DNA of 61,559 bases, filler included, from Sphacelaria rigidula (lineage: Eukaryota), in the NCBI GenBank assembly GCA_964200075.2. It is 11 parts of 11 records of this genome, joined end to end, with 100 filler letters (N's around TTAATTAATTAA, not from the genome) between each part and the next. Parts side by side here need not be neighbours in the genome. Positions count along the whole stretch, not along the records: positions 44,845 to 50,349 come from CAXNAA020026776.1; positions 50,450 to 55,954 come from CAXNAA020026777.1; positions 56,055 to 61,559 come from CAXNAA020026778.1; 8 more parts are not named here. One strand, 5' to 3'. Position 1 is the stretch's first letter. Each line of letters opens with the position of its first letter. Below the pieces are notes generated by a model. That model searched no databases. It had not been told where the DNA came from and was given only the letters and a program-made list of their open reading frames with translations. Shown here in pieces: positions 48,050 through 61,340 of the stretch. Position numbers and translations under genes: made by a program.

Positions 48050-49950
48050 GGACAAAATAGTATGTAATATATGTGTGTTGCCCGCTCAATATATCGACGC
48101 GTCGGGTGGTCAATAGATATTGGGCGAGCAATATGATGGCACGAGAGAGGGTCAATATATATTGTGCCATCAATATGTCAAGGCCCGCGATATGCAACAT
48201 ATATCGACCGAACAAAATATCACGACACGCGTCACTTCATCATATATTGGCCGAGTAATATATTGGTGCGGTAAGGCACCAATATATATATATATATATA
48301 TATATTTGTTGAGTAATATACTGGCTGCCACACGAGGTCAATCTATCCTGTGATTCGATATACAGTGCTCAACACCCGAAGCGCCAATATATATTGCCGC
48401 CGCAATATGTCGTGCATCACTGCGTACAATATATATGTATTCGGCGGATCACACACGAGAGAAGGGACGGTCACAAAACATATCGGTGTAGTCACATTTC
48501 CATCTTGATTTTCAACAGGTATACTGGAAAGTGTATTGGAATTAGTATAGTGGGGTGCTCTATGTTCGCTGGCGCCATTGACAGATGTATCACCACGTGC
48601 CGAAAACGCTCAATAGGTTCCTTCGCGAGCGTGTTCAATATGTATTGGCTGCACAATAGCTATGCGATGAGCGTGCGCAATATATATTGGAGAAATATCA
48701 TTTTGTATGGTTTGCGTTCAATATATATATTATGGCAACAATATGTTCCGCATCGCTTCGACTCGATACATATTGAAACTTCAGAACATACACGGCCGGC
48801 ATGCACATTATGTATTGAGTGTTTTGTTCCCGGAGCAAATGCATGTCTAATATATATTGTCATGCGTGACTTCACGATCATGACATCATAAATATATGTT
48901 GTTGCTTCAATGTCTCCGAGGACATCTTAACACAATGTATATTGAAAGGACAAAATTCGCGCTGTCTCCAATACTTCTAAGAACCAAGTATTGGTATCAT
49001 ATTGGAATATCTTGTATTGTTCAGGGTATAAGCAACACAGCAACGGTGACCACAGGGGTACCAAAAGACGTATATCGACCCGCGTTTTCTGTCGTCGTGA
49101 TGTTTACCGAAGATATATTACATGCTGTGAAGGGGACGGCTGGCCCCGTACCAGTGACCAGATGGATATCAGAAGGTATATATTTGCGGGTCGCCTCTTC
49201 TGCCACCATATTTTCTGACCATGGTATATATATATACAAATATATCAAACGAATTCGACAACTCTTCGCAGCAATGCACCCAAACTTTTGCGGCTTCCTT
49301 CAAAGTGTTTCCCAATCTGCACGGGCTCTTGCATCTATCGCGTCTGGATCTTTCTCAAAGCGTACACGATACTTGAAATACCCAGTATATAGTGACCGGC
49401 CAATACATTGGCACCCACGCGGCCCCAATATATATTGGCCGGTTAATACGTTATCAGCAATGCGACCCTGATATATATTGGTCGTGCAATATGTAATATT
49501 GGGCGGGCAATATGTATGCAGTCCCACATCAATATATATATATATATATATGTTGGGCGCGTAATACGTGTGCAGTCCAAGGGTACCAATATACATAATA
49601 CTACGCGGGCAACATATCGCAAAACTCCAATATGATCGACTAATATATATTGAAAACATATTGTATTGTCCAGGGTGTGAAGCTTTTCCCAATCTGCACG
49701 GGCTCCGGCATCCACCGTGTCTAGATCTTTCTTGGAGTGTACACCATACTATCATTCCCGATATATCTTGACCGGCCAATACATCGGCACCAACGCAGAC
49801 CCAACATATTTCGGCCGGTCAATAGTTTCTCACCAATGCGACTCCAATATAAATTGGTCTTGCAATATGCCGTCGCCCACACTACCTTAATATATGTTGA
49901 TTGGACAATATGTGTTCATACCCACGGTACCAATATATATATATATACAA
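48050..49950. repeat. AT-rich complex repeat built from CAATATATATTG motifs, with ~375-bp internal duplication (49305 and 49683); related fragment ~12880-13055
   Basis: Dozens of CAATATA/TATATTG motifs; TTTCCCAATCTGCACGGGCTC occurs twice. Confidence 0.75.
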
Positions 49951-51792
49951 GCTGGGCCGGCCAAGACGCCATTTTTCAAGCAATATCGCCATGCCCCTCT
50001 CATTTTTTTGAGTTTGGACCTGAAATTTTGACACGTGATTTTGAGTACCCTTGCCCAGACATTGGAAGGAATTAGCAAAAAATAAAATAAAAAATCCCAT
50101 AGTTTTCGTCAAAAATGTGATCGTGAAATACGTTAAGGGGCCTGTAAGTCAGCAAGATTGTTTTTTTTTTTTGCTAATTCCTTCCAGTTTTTTCTTTAGG
50201 TCGTTTTTCATCACGTCACAAAATTTCAGGCACAAACTCGAAAAAATGAGAGGGGCACGGCCAATTGTTCGAAGTTCCCATTTCCCGAGGATTTCCATGG
50301 GAAACTTGCAAGTATTTGGCTCGCCCTGAAAAATTGCGAAAGTCCCGATNNNNNNNNNNNNNNNNNNNNNNNNNNNNNNNNNNNNNNNNNNNNTTAATTA
50401 ATTAANNNNNNNNNNNNNNNNNNNNNNNNNNNNNNNNNNNNNNNNNNNNCCGTACCGACAAGACCGATCATGGCCTTCGTCGGAGGACGGGGAACGGAGG
50501 ACGTATACTCGAGCTTTTCCCGGCGGACGTATGAGATAACAGCTTTTTAGCTTGTGCGAATACTCGTAGAGTCAATCTGTTTGACCTGCATCGAGGGATG
50601 TATCTACCCATCGCTGATTTGTGTGCTGTTCTGGGTTGAGTTCAGCCCAACTTTGTCGAGGAAATCGCTTTTGACACATGCTACCGTCCAGCTGTGTAAC
50701 GGGGTCATCTGTGATTTTGGGCTCTTTCCCCTTCTTTGACTCGGTTGAGCCTTGTTTTCGGGGTGGTGGGTGGAGAGCTTGACGCTTCATCAGGCATGAC
50801 ATTGCTGGTATCGTGTGTTACGAATGTGTACACTACAGACTGTACCACCCTCACCGCAGACCGAATATTTCAATGTCGTGACGCAGAACATGACTGAGTG
50901 TCTCAGACATTTAATTCAACGCAACAAGTGGAAGGAGAAGTTCCTGCATCTCTTGTTCTACAGACATTCTACTCGCATCCTGACTGGCAGTCTCTCGCTG
51001 TCCAGATCTTATTCAGGTGAGCCAGGTTCCTGGCCTGCATAATACAAGGCCATGATCTTACATATGATACAAGTATAGCCTCATAAAGGTCGCAAAAGTT
51101 GTATGATATAGCGACTCGAACATGAAACACAACGTCTTGAGTATGTTTACATCTTCAGTATAGCCAGAGTACGGTACGTTACTGCACACATGATTTGTAC
51201 CGGGTTGGGTGCGGGTGATGGTTCCAGCCTTTTCAACAATCCACCCCGCTGACATCTATACGATATGCAGCATAAACGTCGAGTGAGTTCGGTACCATGT
51301 CTCAATAATGTGGTCAGAAACAAGAGTTAATATGCTGCATACGCTTGCGCCGGCTGCTTCAGTACAATCAGTAGTACCCAGGTGGACCCGCTCTAGGGCG
51401 GATCAGGTATACGTAGAAGGTGGACCTTTTGGCTTGACATAACTTTCCTCCTTCTACAACGGTTCTTTCTATTGCTCGTCATCACCCTCGTTGAAATAAA
51501 GTCAGTCCGAAATACGGCATGGAAGTAAGCAGTGGCTGTTGCTTCGTGTTGGAGTTGAGGCTGAGATACGTTTCCGCGTCACATTCGCATTCCTCCTAAT
51601 CCAACAGTACCCGCTGTTACCCCGTTTCGATTTTTTTATGTTGATGTTGATGTTGATTTTGATTCTTGCACATTCACTGATCCCCCATGGATCTAGCCAT
51701 TGTCATATGATGTAAATATATATATATATATACATACCAAAGCTAAATCAAAGCGGAAACACTCTCTGGAGGATGGAGAAGGAGACAGAAAG

Positions 51793-52220
51793 AACAGTGG
51801 ATTCTCGAAAATGTGGTTAGAAAAAAAAACGAGGTTCAACTCAGAAGCCGTGCTTCCCCTGACCTAAAGTCATGACAAATGACTTTCATACGGACGACCC
51901 TATCCCTCCCGACCTCCCTCAAACTATTTCGGGGGATTCCTAGCCTCCCGTTCCCCGAAGGATATGTGCGAAAGCACGATTTTTGGGTTAAAAGGCGCCC
52001 TTTTCTCACCCCGAAACAGCGAAACCGGGGCGAAAGTGTACTTTCGCACGTATCCTTTAGGGGAACGGAAGGCTACAAACCCCCTTAAATAGTATAGAGA
52101 GGTCGGGAGGGGTAAGGTTGTCCAAATGAAAGTCATTTGTCATGAATTTAGGTCAGGAAAAGCACGGCCTATGAGTTAAACCTCATTTTGCTTCAACGCA
52201 ATTTTCGAGAATCCGCTGTT
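51793..52220. mobile_element. Fold-back MITE (~430 bp, ~190-bp arms)
   Basis: AACAGTGGATTCTCGAAAAT ... ATTTTCGAGAATCCGCTGTT; CATGACAAATGACTTTCAT pairs with ATGAAAGTCATTTGTCATG. Confidence 0.8.
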
Positions 52221-52583
52221 TAAGGTGAATCAGACTCACAGAGTAGGCTCAAGAAAAGGAGAGATGGAACAGAGATAACAGACCCCCCGCCCCTCTCACC
52301 CTAGAGATGACTGCCCTTCGCAACATGATTCTGTAACCTCACGAACTCAGACCCACCTGCGTCAGGTATAGAATATATGTGTTCAGAGGCCGCCTAACTG
52401 TCCAGAGGCGGCCAACCTTTGGTGCATTCTCTACACGTTTATACAAATGATATGTTGAACATCGTCAAACATGTAATTGTGCGTAATATTTTCGTTTCCA
52501 TAGCAGAAGTAAATCGTTCATCTGACCAGGGCGTGACTGGGAACGACAGAGGCGAAAACAACTTATTCAATCAAATACCCGTA

Positions 52584-52833
52584 TGACACTTTCTACGATA
52601 GCCCCCTCAAAAAAGTGCATGGTTTTTGGGAGGCAAAATCTCCCCGTAAATCGAAATGGGAAAAGCCGAGCACAACGAACAGCTGGGAATTCTCACGACT
52701 GGGTTCGTTCTAGCCAGTATTGCCAATATGAGGCGCTTCATGCAGCCTGAACCCAAGCATCAGGCGCTGTATGCTCATTTTTTTCGTGATACTTTTGGCT
52801 GTTTTGGGGGGGGGGCTGTCGTAGAAAGTGTCG
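52584..52833. mobile_element. 250-bp TA-target MITE (Tc1/mariner type)
   Basis: TA|TGACACTTTCTACGATAGCCCC ... GGGGCTGTCGTAGAAAGTGTCG|TA. Confidence 0.88.
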
Positions 52834-53366
52834 TATGCTAAGTTGCATGAGCCATCGCCTGTAAAATCGCAGCATCACGCGCAGTTACGTTTGGTGGCAA
52901 AATCCGACTTGAAGCGAATCCCAAGTAAGATTTGTGCGAGGCAGGAGTAGATTCCACCCATGACAATGCCCAGTTGTGTAAGTGGTGTTTTGTTGGCCGG
53001 GCTTTTCGGGATTCGGAATAGATGTCCTGGTGCCAAAAACGTCGAAAATATTAATCACTTTCGTTCGTAGAAACAGGTGAACGAAATGTTCCATCTATAT
53101 TTATTTCGAGCTGCAGTGAAATCATAGTTCAATCCCTGCTGCCCCCGTCAATATGAAAAACGTGAATGGTGCAGCACGCATCACCCGGCATCTCATAGAC
53201 ACGTAACGTCAGTCAGAGTCGCGACGAAATGTTCGCACTGCTGTTTGCAATAGGATTTTGGCATCGCCTTGTTTGAGCTTTTCACGGAGCTACGAGAGTC
53301 CACTTGGCGGTAGTTTGTGCACATCATCAAATCGAAGGCAGTGCTACCGCAGCGAACAGTATATTA

Positions 53367-53725
53367 CCGGGGATAAACACGTTACACGTTCACGTTCACG
53401 TTACGTTCATCACGTGAAAACAAAATGACCTTCACGTTACGTAACGTATGTCACGTGAAACAAATAACGTTACGCTAATGTTTCATTTTGAATATAAACG
53501 TCACGTTCACGTTACGTCCATCACGTAAAGAACAAACGTTACGTTTCGTTACATGTAACGTAATATGAAACGTTTAATGTTACATGTAACGTCCAATATA
53601 ACGCTACCTTGGCACATGTAACGTTCGAATGTAACGTTTCATTCTGTGCATGTCGCGGCTCATTTACCAGTGTTTGAGGCGTTGTAACGTGTCGTGCAAC
53701 GCGTGACGTCACCGTCTACGTGACG
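53367..53725. repeat. Dense ACGTTAC/GTAACGT motif array, probable subterminal region of the adjacent hAT element
   Basis: Roughly 20 copies of ACGT-core motifs in both orientations starting abruptly after CCGGGGATAAAC. Confidence 0.65.
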
Positions 53726-54379
53726 CTGGCGGTGGCCCGTCGTATGTTGGAGCGTAGGTGCATTATCTGATTGTGTCGTTCATTCGTTTGTGGTGTCATT
53801 ATTTTCATATCTCCTCCCTTTTCATCTTTATGTTGCCAATCTTTCATTTCCAAATTTCGAATGCTTGGTCATTCGCACGACAGCACACATGTATTAATCG
53901 ACAAATAAGATAGTTCATCACGGCCGGCAAAGGCAGGCGGACGTATCTGCGCATATATCCAGGGCAGACTTACACCGCGGTCCAGGCAACCAATGCATTT
54001 ATCTACCTTGGCAAGCTTTTGTTCAACTGTACACAGACTGATGGATTTTTTCATTTTCCCATCAGTTTGAACCGCTACGAAACCAGCCGTGGTCGCAGGA
54101 CAAATATACCCAAACTAAAAAAACTACAACACTCGGTACCTCGACAAGAAAAAAAAACTCCACCGAAAAATAGTGAAGATCAAAAAAATGGAATCAACAA
54201 GACAACAAGTATAAACCCTCGCTACTTTGACTGAAAAAAAATCTCCATGGAGTAATAAAAATAAAAAGTGATAAAAAACAAAAAAAAACAAGGATAATAC
54301 AACAACGGAAACGAAGACAATCCTCCGCCGCAGACGACAACGTAACACATGATACACAGAACAACCTCAATACAAGCAT

Positions 54380-55600
54380 TCACGTCGCCCCCCGCCCCTC
54401 TCTTCGATCACTACAGCACATCGACAATGCAAGATTAACGATCCCGCCTCTGCCTTTAGCCTGTGCAGCGATGGCGTGTCGCCGCGCCTCCTCCTGCCTT
54501 GAGTTGATATTGGCCATTCCCGCGATGATGTTTTTCACCTCCTTCACGCGGCCAGCGTTTAGACGCAGGAACGTGATCTTCGACACATGGTCGGGGCCCC
54601 TTTGGTATCTCAGCTTGGTGAGGGTAGTCGACGAAGCGGAGAAGTCCCGCTCCGATTGGCAATTGATGCTGTTCACGCTGAGGTAGACACGTGCTAGTGC
54701 AGACAGCAGTGGGAACTTCGGCCCCTCGATGATCGAGCCGCCTCACTGAACACGGGGTTCTCCGCCGAGCGCCGGTAGGCGATGACATCTAGGTGGGCGT
54801 CTGCAGACGGCGGAATGTGCTCGTAGGCCACCATGTCCTTCCTCAAGCGGGCAGAAATGGTGATGGATGACCCCGCCGCCTGGACGCTAGTGGTGTTTCT
54901 GATGGCGCCGGCGCGGCTAGCCTCACACTCCTCAAACAGGCTCCGTGGGCGTTTCGGTGCAGGCTCCTCAACGCTGCCCGCCGCCCCATCGCGAGAAGTA
55001 GCCGTCTCTTTGCTACCCAACTCAGTGTCCATCGTCTTGCCTAGCGCGACCAGCGTCTCCCTCGCCTTGTCCCGCAGAGCGTGGTTGTCCACCTCCGTTG
55101 AATCCCCGTTGCCGCACACCAAGTCGTCCATTGTTTTGTAGCGCGGGTCCAGGTAAAGAGCGAGGTTCGCCGCGACGGTGGAGGCCACATTGACCTTGCG
55201 ATCATTGAGCTGCTCGATGCAGACAGATACCGCCTTCTGCAGTGGGGCCTGGAGGTCATCGACGCACTTGAGCTTGTGGATCTGCGGCTCCTCCCTCGTC
55301 TTGGTATTCCTCGCCTTCTTGAAGTCGACCATTTCCAACTTTGCGGAGGTGAGGATATCAGCGAGCTGGGGGCACAGGTAGATGGCCCGGCCGAGGATGC
55401 CGTCAATGCCGCCCTGGATACCGATCGTCACTCGCTTTGCGCACTCCAGCACGCAGCATATCTCCTTTATGACCACCCAGTCGGTCGGCGAGAGCCCGCG
55501 GTGCGCATTCTAGGGTGTTCGCGGAGGTAGTCGGCGATGTACAGTATTTCTCGAGGATGATCAAACGGCAAGCTGGGAAGCCCACCTTGCATCCATTGTG
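54380..55600 (-). pseudogene. hAT-superfamily transposase, C-terminal half, frameshifted
   Basis: ARWAS (RW motif), LSPTDWVVIKEICCVL, ALYLDPRYK, and hAT dimerisation domain FPLLSALARVYLSVNSINCQSERDFS...LR...HVSKITFLRLN. Confidence 0.88.
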
Positions 55601-57564
55601 GCGAACACACGGGGGTGTGAACGACGAGACAACGGTTGAAAATGCATATTGATTTTTTTTATATATCTTCACAAGACCTTGATTGAGTAGGTGTTGGCAC
55701 TCTTCCTGGTTCGTGGCAAATAACTGTGGTCACAAGATGGACGAATTCAGGGCAGGAAAACCGAGAACGAAAAAAGGCAAACTGAAGATGTACGGGCAAA
55801 GTTTACCTGATTAAATTAGCCGGCGAAGCCCACGTCACAAGTCAGATCTCCCATAGAGTCATCCTACGATAGGGGGGGGGGGTATTTTGGGCCCTTTGTT
55901 GCTCGAAAATTCGAGTCAGAACGTTGGTGCAAGCAGCAAAGGTTGTTAGAACAANNNNNNNNNNNNNNNNNNNNNNNNNNNNNNNNNNNNNNNNNNNNTT
56001 AATTAATTAANNNNNNNNNNNNNNNNNNNNNNNNNNNNNNNNNNNNNNNNNNNNAAATCAATCCACGGGAGGAAATCGCCTGTAGATGGGCTGAAATCCT
56101 CATATTTGTAAAAATCGGGACTCGTTGCCATAAAAGTGGGTCTAACCAGATAAACCGATTATTCCACCCGACATTTGTATCTACTCCAAAGCGTTCTGTG
56201 TACACACGTGTCATACTCAAATCAATAGTTATGATGCATTGTCGTACTACAATGACCGTGGGGATGCTGTTACAGAGGCGACCACATGACCCGCGCCGCA
56301 CACACCTAGACAACACCAAGTTGTCGTGCTACTAGTAGTTTCTGGTGCTTCGGTGGTACACGCGGAGCGCTATGTATGCTGCACTACTGTCTCACCGCTT
56401 CTCATTTTTGAGTCACGTCGCAAAGTTCAGTGATGTTTCCTTTTTCTCCATATATATATATTTCTTGTGCACTGATTACGTGCCCGAATTGCTGGTGCTA
56501 GGCAGCCAGAACTTATCGCGATTTTGAAGATATGTGAAGCTACATGGCGTTTTTTTTTGCCTCCGGCGGCGCCCCCTCACCAGCCGGGGGGAAGGCGTTT
56601 ACGCGACTCCGCCGTGTTGCCTTGCCAGCGGCCGCAAGCTAGGTCGCCGCAACCTGCAAACTGGCCGCGGCAGTACATCGCTGAGTGACTCGGCGACACC
56701 TCTTGCATCCCCGTTCCACGTCTCGCCGGCTGAGAATCATCGAGGGCGCCACAAAACATTTCAGAGGCAGCTCGAGTAGAGTATACTCAATATTTAGTAC
56801 TTTCGAAGAGTCATCCTTCTAGTACTCAAAATTTGAGTCGAGTATTTGAGGTCGTACTCAATCTACTCATATTTTTGAATCGTGTATTTGAGGCCATACT
56901 CAAGTGGTACTCTGTACTCAAGTCTTACTGAGGGTGCTTACTAAATATTTGAGTCGAGTATTTGAGGTCGTACTCAATCTACTCAAATTTTCGAGTCGAG
57001 TATTTGAGGCCATACTCAATCTACTCAAAACTTGAGTGGAGTACTGAGGTCATGCTCAAGTGATACTCTATACTCAAGTCTTACTGAGGGTGCTTACTAA
57101 ATATTTGAGTCGAGTATTTGAGGTCGTACTAAATCTACTCAAATTTTCGAGTCGAGTATTTGAGGCCATACTCAATCTACTCAAAACTTGAGTGGAGTAT
57201 TGAGGTCATGCTCAAGTGATACTCTATACTCAAGTATTTTGCGGTCATACCCAATCTACCCGAAAGTTAGGTAGAGTATCTGAGGCCGGACCCGATGTAC
57301 CGAACACCTATAACTTCACGTTCAGTATTCAAGTTCGTACGGAAGATACTCACACTCGGGTGGAGGGAATACCGAGGCATTCCCAGAAGAAATGCCCACC
57401 CATGATGAGTGCTGATTCAAGATCAAATTTCAGCAAACATTCGGGTACAGCATATTCGAGAAAGCATTTGGATCAGAACCAAATTGTACGGAACTAGGGT
57501 AGAACAAATATTGGGGTATTGTCGAAGGGTGTTCGGATAATACCGTGTAGACTGGCGGGGGTCC

Positions 57565-57848
57565 TTTTTTTTCCTCACCCTCCCCTTCCTCGGGATGAGT
57601 CCGGGGTCTCGAGGGATCAACCCATCTCTCCCCCTGTACGTGCCTTTCATTTTGGTCTCGCGGATTGAGTCAGCACTCCCACACCGCATCAACTCACGTC
57701 ACACAAACCCAATCGACTACATTGTTTATTCACATTCTCGCGCTTTCCACGGTGGAAATCATNNNNNNNNNNTCCAACGCATCGGGAATCGAACCCCCGT
57801 TCTCTCCACTCTCATGGCGACAGTCGGATCATTTCACCACCGGGGCGC
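57565..57848 (-). mobile_element. SINE family B copy, spans a 10-N gap
   Basis: Homologous to 9478-9845; GGGAATCGAACCC (B box, reversed)...CACCACCGGGGCG. Confidence 0.75.
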
Positions 57849-58426
57849 GGCGGCACTGGAAAGGGTAAAAATCATATCGAAGTATTGGGCAGTCTAAGTC
57901 TTGCCCTGTTCACAGTTCATCCACCTGCACGCTTTTTGTAACCTTTCATGGCCATCATTCGCTCATGCTCTTCGTAGCCTGTAATGTAACGTCACCCATC
58001 AAACTGATGGCCATCGTTCGCCCATGTATTCAACATAGTCTGTGAAGTGATATCACGAAGTCGCCGACGGTCACGGATTACTCGCCATACCCAAGTGATA
58101 CTCTATACTCTCAAGTATAACTCAGAGTGCTTGTTGGTTGCTGGCTGTGTAAATTTCCAATAGTGCTCACTCAATATTTGAGTAGGGTATTTGGAGTCGT
58201 ACTCGATCTACTCGAAATTTGATTAGAGTATGTGAGGCCGTACTCGACCTACTCAAAATTTGAGTCCAGTATTGAGGTCATGCTCAAATCATACTCTATA
58301 CTCGAGTATTACTGAGAGTGTTTACTCAATATTTGAGTAGAGTATTTGAGGTTGTACTCGATCTACTCAAAATTTGAGTGGAGTATGTGGGGTCGTACTT
58401 GACCTACTCAAAATTTGAGGCGAGTA

Positions 58427-59312
58427 CGAGCTGGGCCAGCAGTACATCCCGCATTTGCATGTCCCACCATAACTCGTCAAGTTCACCAAATGAGCTCGGC
58501 TCGGGCATATCGCTGTGAACTGTGGATCAACCTGGTAATCCACAGCACCGCCACTGATCGATTCGCGAAGTTTTGGCGATGATGTTATTGAGCTGCATTG
58601 AGCATCGGGAACGTCTCATGTCGTTGCGTGATAGCGTGTATGGAGACGTTTCGTTTCACCAAATACGGTGGAATTTACGGTAGGGAATTGCGCCGCACAG
58701 GCACGCGAAGACTCATTATGCGCAGGCAAAAGCACACGGGTACGAGTAGTGCTGCAAGATGGCATCAAGGTCGTCAACAGCTTCATCATGGGAGAGAACC
58801 TCCCAGCCCACGGCCATTTACCACCGCAAGAGGGAGAAGTGCTACCTCAAACTGCGCTTTACACACCCCAGATGCAAGGCGCTATGCCAGATTATGCGCA
58901 AAAACAAAATCGTCGTGTCGGGATTCGAACTCGTGACCTCTATAATGAAAGGCGGTTCCACCAGTTTGACCACCGGGGCGCAGCCGTGCCACACGAAAAA
59001 TTGGATGCTGTGCCAAATTTCTATTTTTGTTTTGGCCGAAATTGTACCAGGATCTTCTTCACACAAGGACGAACAACATTTCTGGGGATGCCTCCGTATT
59101 TATTTATTTTCACCGAGTTATAGCATTTTTCTAGTTTTTGCAGAAACTCTAAATAGCTCTAACTTCCTAGTTTTTTTTCTTCTTGGAACCCCATAAATGT
59201 TGTGCGTAGGGATGATAATAGTGTTGTGTCAAAATTCCAGCGCCCAACTCTTCGAATTGCCGACAGCATCGCTAGAATACATTCAAAAATCACTGTCAAC
59301 TGGCTCAGCCTG
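58427..59312. mobile_element. Tc1/mariner-type non-autonomous element nested in the hAT element
   Basis: GAGTA|CGAGCTGGGCCAGC...CTGGCTCAGCCTG|TATTTGAGG restores the host motif GAGTATTTGAGG; homologous to 21624-22222. Confidence 0.8.
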
Positions 59313-60303
59313 TATTTGAGGCCGCACTCGACCTGCTCAAAATTTCAGTAGAGTATTGAGGTCGTACCCAAGTGATACTCTACACTCAAGCATTACTGAG
59401 AGTGCTTACTCAATATTTGAGTAGAGTAAATACTCGAGTATTTTACTCGAGTACTCAAAAGTACGTACTCTGCTCGACCTGCCCTTGAAACATTTTTCAC
59501 GGCGGGGCGGCTTCACTGCCAGTTCCCCGCAACCAGTTCACTGCTTAGCCAAACCACTTCACAACACCAGTCAAGAGGTTTCATGGGTCTTCGATCCATA
59601 TTATCAATGGGAATCCGACGACACAAAAATCTGCTTTACCGAGACACCACATTTTGTGGTACAACTTGACCCCATACGATTTGGTTTCGACACGTTTTCG
59701 GCGTTTCAGATTCCTTAGCTAATGGCGGTTACTAAGGTTTGATTCAGGATGATATTTGGGTACAAATTGAGTCCGAAATTTCGAAACTTTGCATTTTTGC
59801 TTTTAGAACAATGATGCAAAGGCCGATGATTGGCCGAGAAATAATTTCAGCACTAGCGCCACGCCAACGGACACACAACATAAGTCTGGCCGTGTCATAC
59901 TGTTCGCTTGCCAGTGTGGGTCAATATAATATCAAATATGTGAACTAAGCACTAAGTCCTACCGTCGACAACATTGCGGTGAGGCAGTAGACTTACGGGT
60001 CCCGAAGAGGAACGTTGTCGTACCCTGCTGCCGAAGGATCTCCAGAGCGAGGCGTGATTCTCCTTGCCATTTGGGCAAGGATGCGACCGTGGTCAAGGGT
60101 AGGCTAGAAGAACGAGTGAACGGGTCGATACAGCGTACCGGTCCGTTGTCAACCAGGATTCATGCGGTGGCTCTTGTTATACTGGGTTCTTATACCATAG
60201 ATCTCGTTGCCTAGGTTTCCTGAAGACCCAGTTTCACAGGTTTGAACGTTTCGAGTCCGCTCATGTGTGTCACTGGCGGGCTCCATTCCTGAGCAAAATA
60301 GTA

Positions 60304-61340
60304 CGAGCTGGGCCAGCCTAGAAACGAATTTCACCTCTCAAAGCAATACCCCATCGACACACACGAGTTGGGCCATGACCCTCATACCGTATTGATCGCC
60401 TCATGAAGGGGAAGGTACCCATCTGCTTAAAAGTCTGGGCCGATGTTTTTTCGTTGATCAAACCCCATGTCTGATAATTCCCACGACTAGCTAGCGGACG
60501 TAGAGTCTATACAGTAATCTTTATAAAAACCCCGATCGATACATTCAGCGGGTGACGGCGATTCTTTGTGTGGACATTCCCTGTAGCACGGGGAGACGAT
60601 AGATACCGTCACCTCATCCTAATTCGTTATCCATCTGGAGATATGGCGCACATAAGTTTCAATACTAAAATCAATATATCACGAGCAGAGGCACTAGATG
60701 AACTATATCTGGATATCGCGTCTCAGTTTTTGAGAGTTATGCTATGAAGTTTCGTATGAAGAATCGGTGGTGCATAATAAAGCTAAAATAAACAACTTCT
60801 TCATTTTTCTTCGTTAAAAAAAAAAACGTTCTTTGGGCGGTGTTAAGGAGAAATGAACACTGCTCTTGGGCCTTAATTTTTTCAACTAAAGTTTTGGAAT
60901 TGTGATTTGAAACCCAGCATAAAGAACCACATAGGTATGCTGAATAAAAAGAAATATGGGCCCTCATTTTATTTTATGTTCGGGAGAGGGTCGGGCGTTC
61001 TCGTAAAAAAAATGGTCGTTTCCACACTACTAAAACGCCCTAAACCAGGGGGGAAAAAACTCACCCACTTTGTTAAGTTGATTGTGCCCTAGCCACGGCC
61101 TACACAAAGTTGCAATAAACAAACACCGAACGTGGGCCGGGAAGTAGCCTACAATACAAAGTACTATTCCGAAATTCTTCTGACCCCTTCACTAAACGGC
61201 CCATTAACGGGCCAATATTGAGACTCGGACCCTTAGATTTGGTATGGACAATGAATAGGGCATAATAAAGACAAATACCAGTGCACACGAGGTTTTCTCA
61301 TTATTTTTTCATTAGTTAAGGGCAATCATCAGTTCTCAGC
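60304..61340. mobile_element. Second copy of the 1.3-kb CGAGCTGGGCCAGCC-TIR element, right end missing
   Basis: Colinear with 20299-21450. Confidence 0.85.

Larger units (their letters stand above)
56762..59487. mobile_element. Non-autonomous hAT element with TACTCAA/TTGAGTA motif arrays and nested insertions
   Basis: TIRs CAGAGGCAGCTCGAG / CTCGACCTGCCCTTG with perfect 8-bp TSD AAACATTT (56754-56761 and 59488-59495); near-identical 156-bp tandem at 56915-57226. Confidence 0.88.

Noticed and set aside
50800..51560. Faint resemblance of minus-strand translation to a piggyBac transposase N-terminal region
   Set aside because: Riddled with stops and no catalytic motif recognisable; needs TBLASTN or HMM support
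56780..58420. CRISPR-like repeat array
   Set aside because: Degenerate overlapping motifs without unique fixed-length spacers, bounded by hAT TIRs and TSD, no cas genes, eukaryotic context
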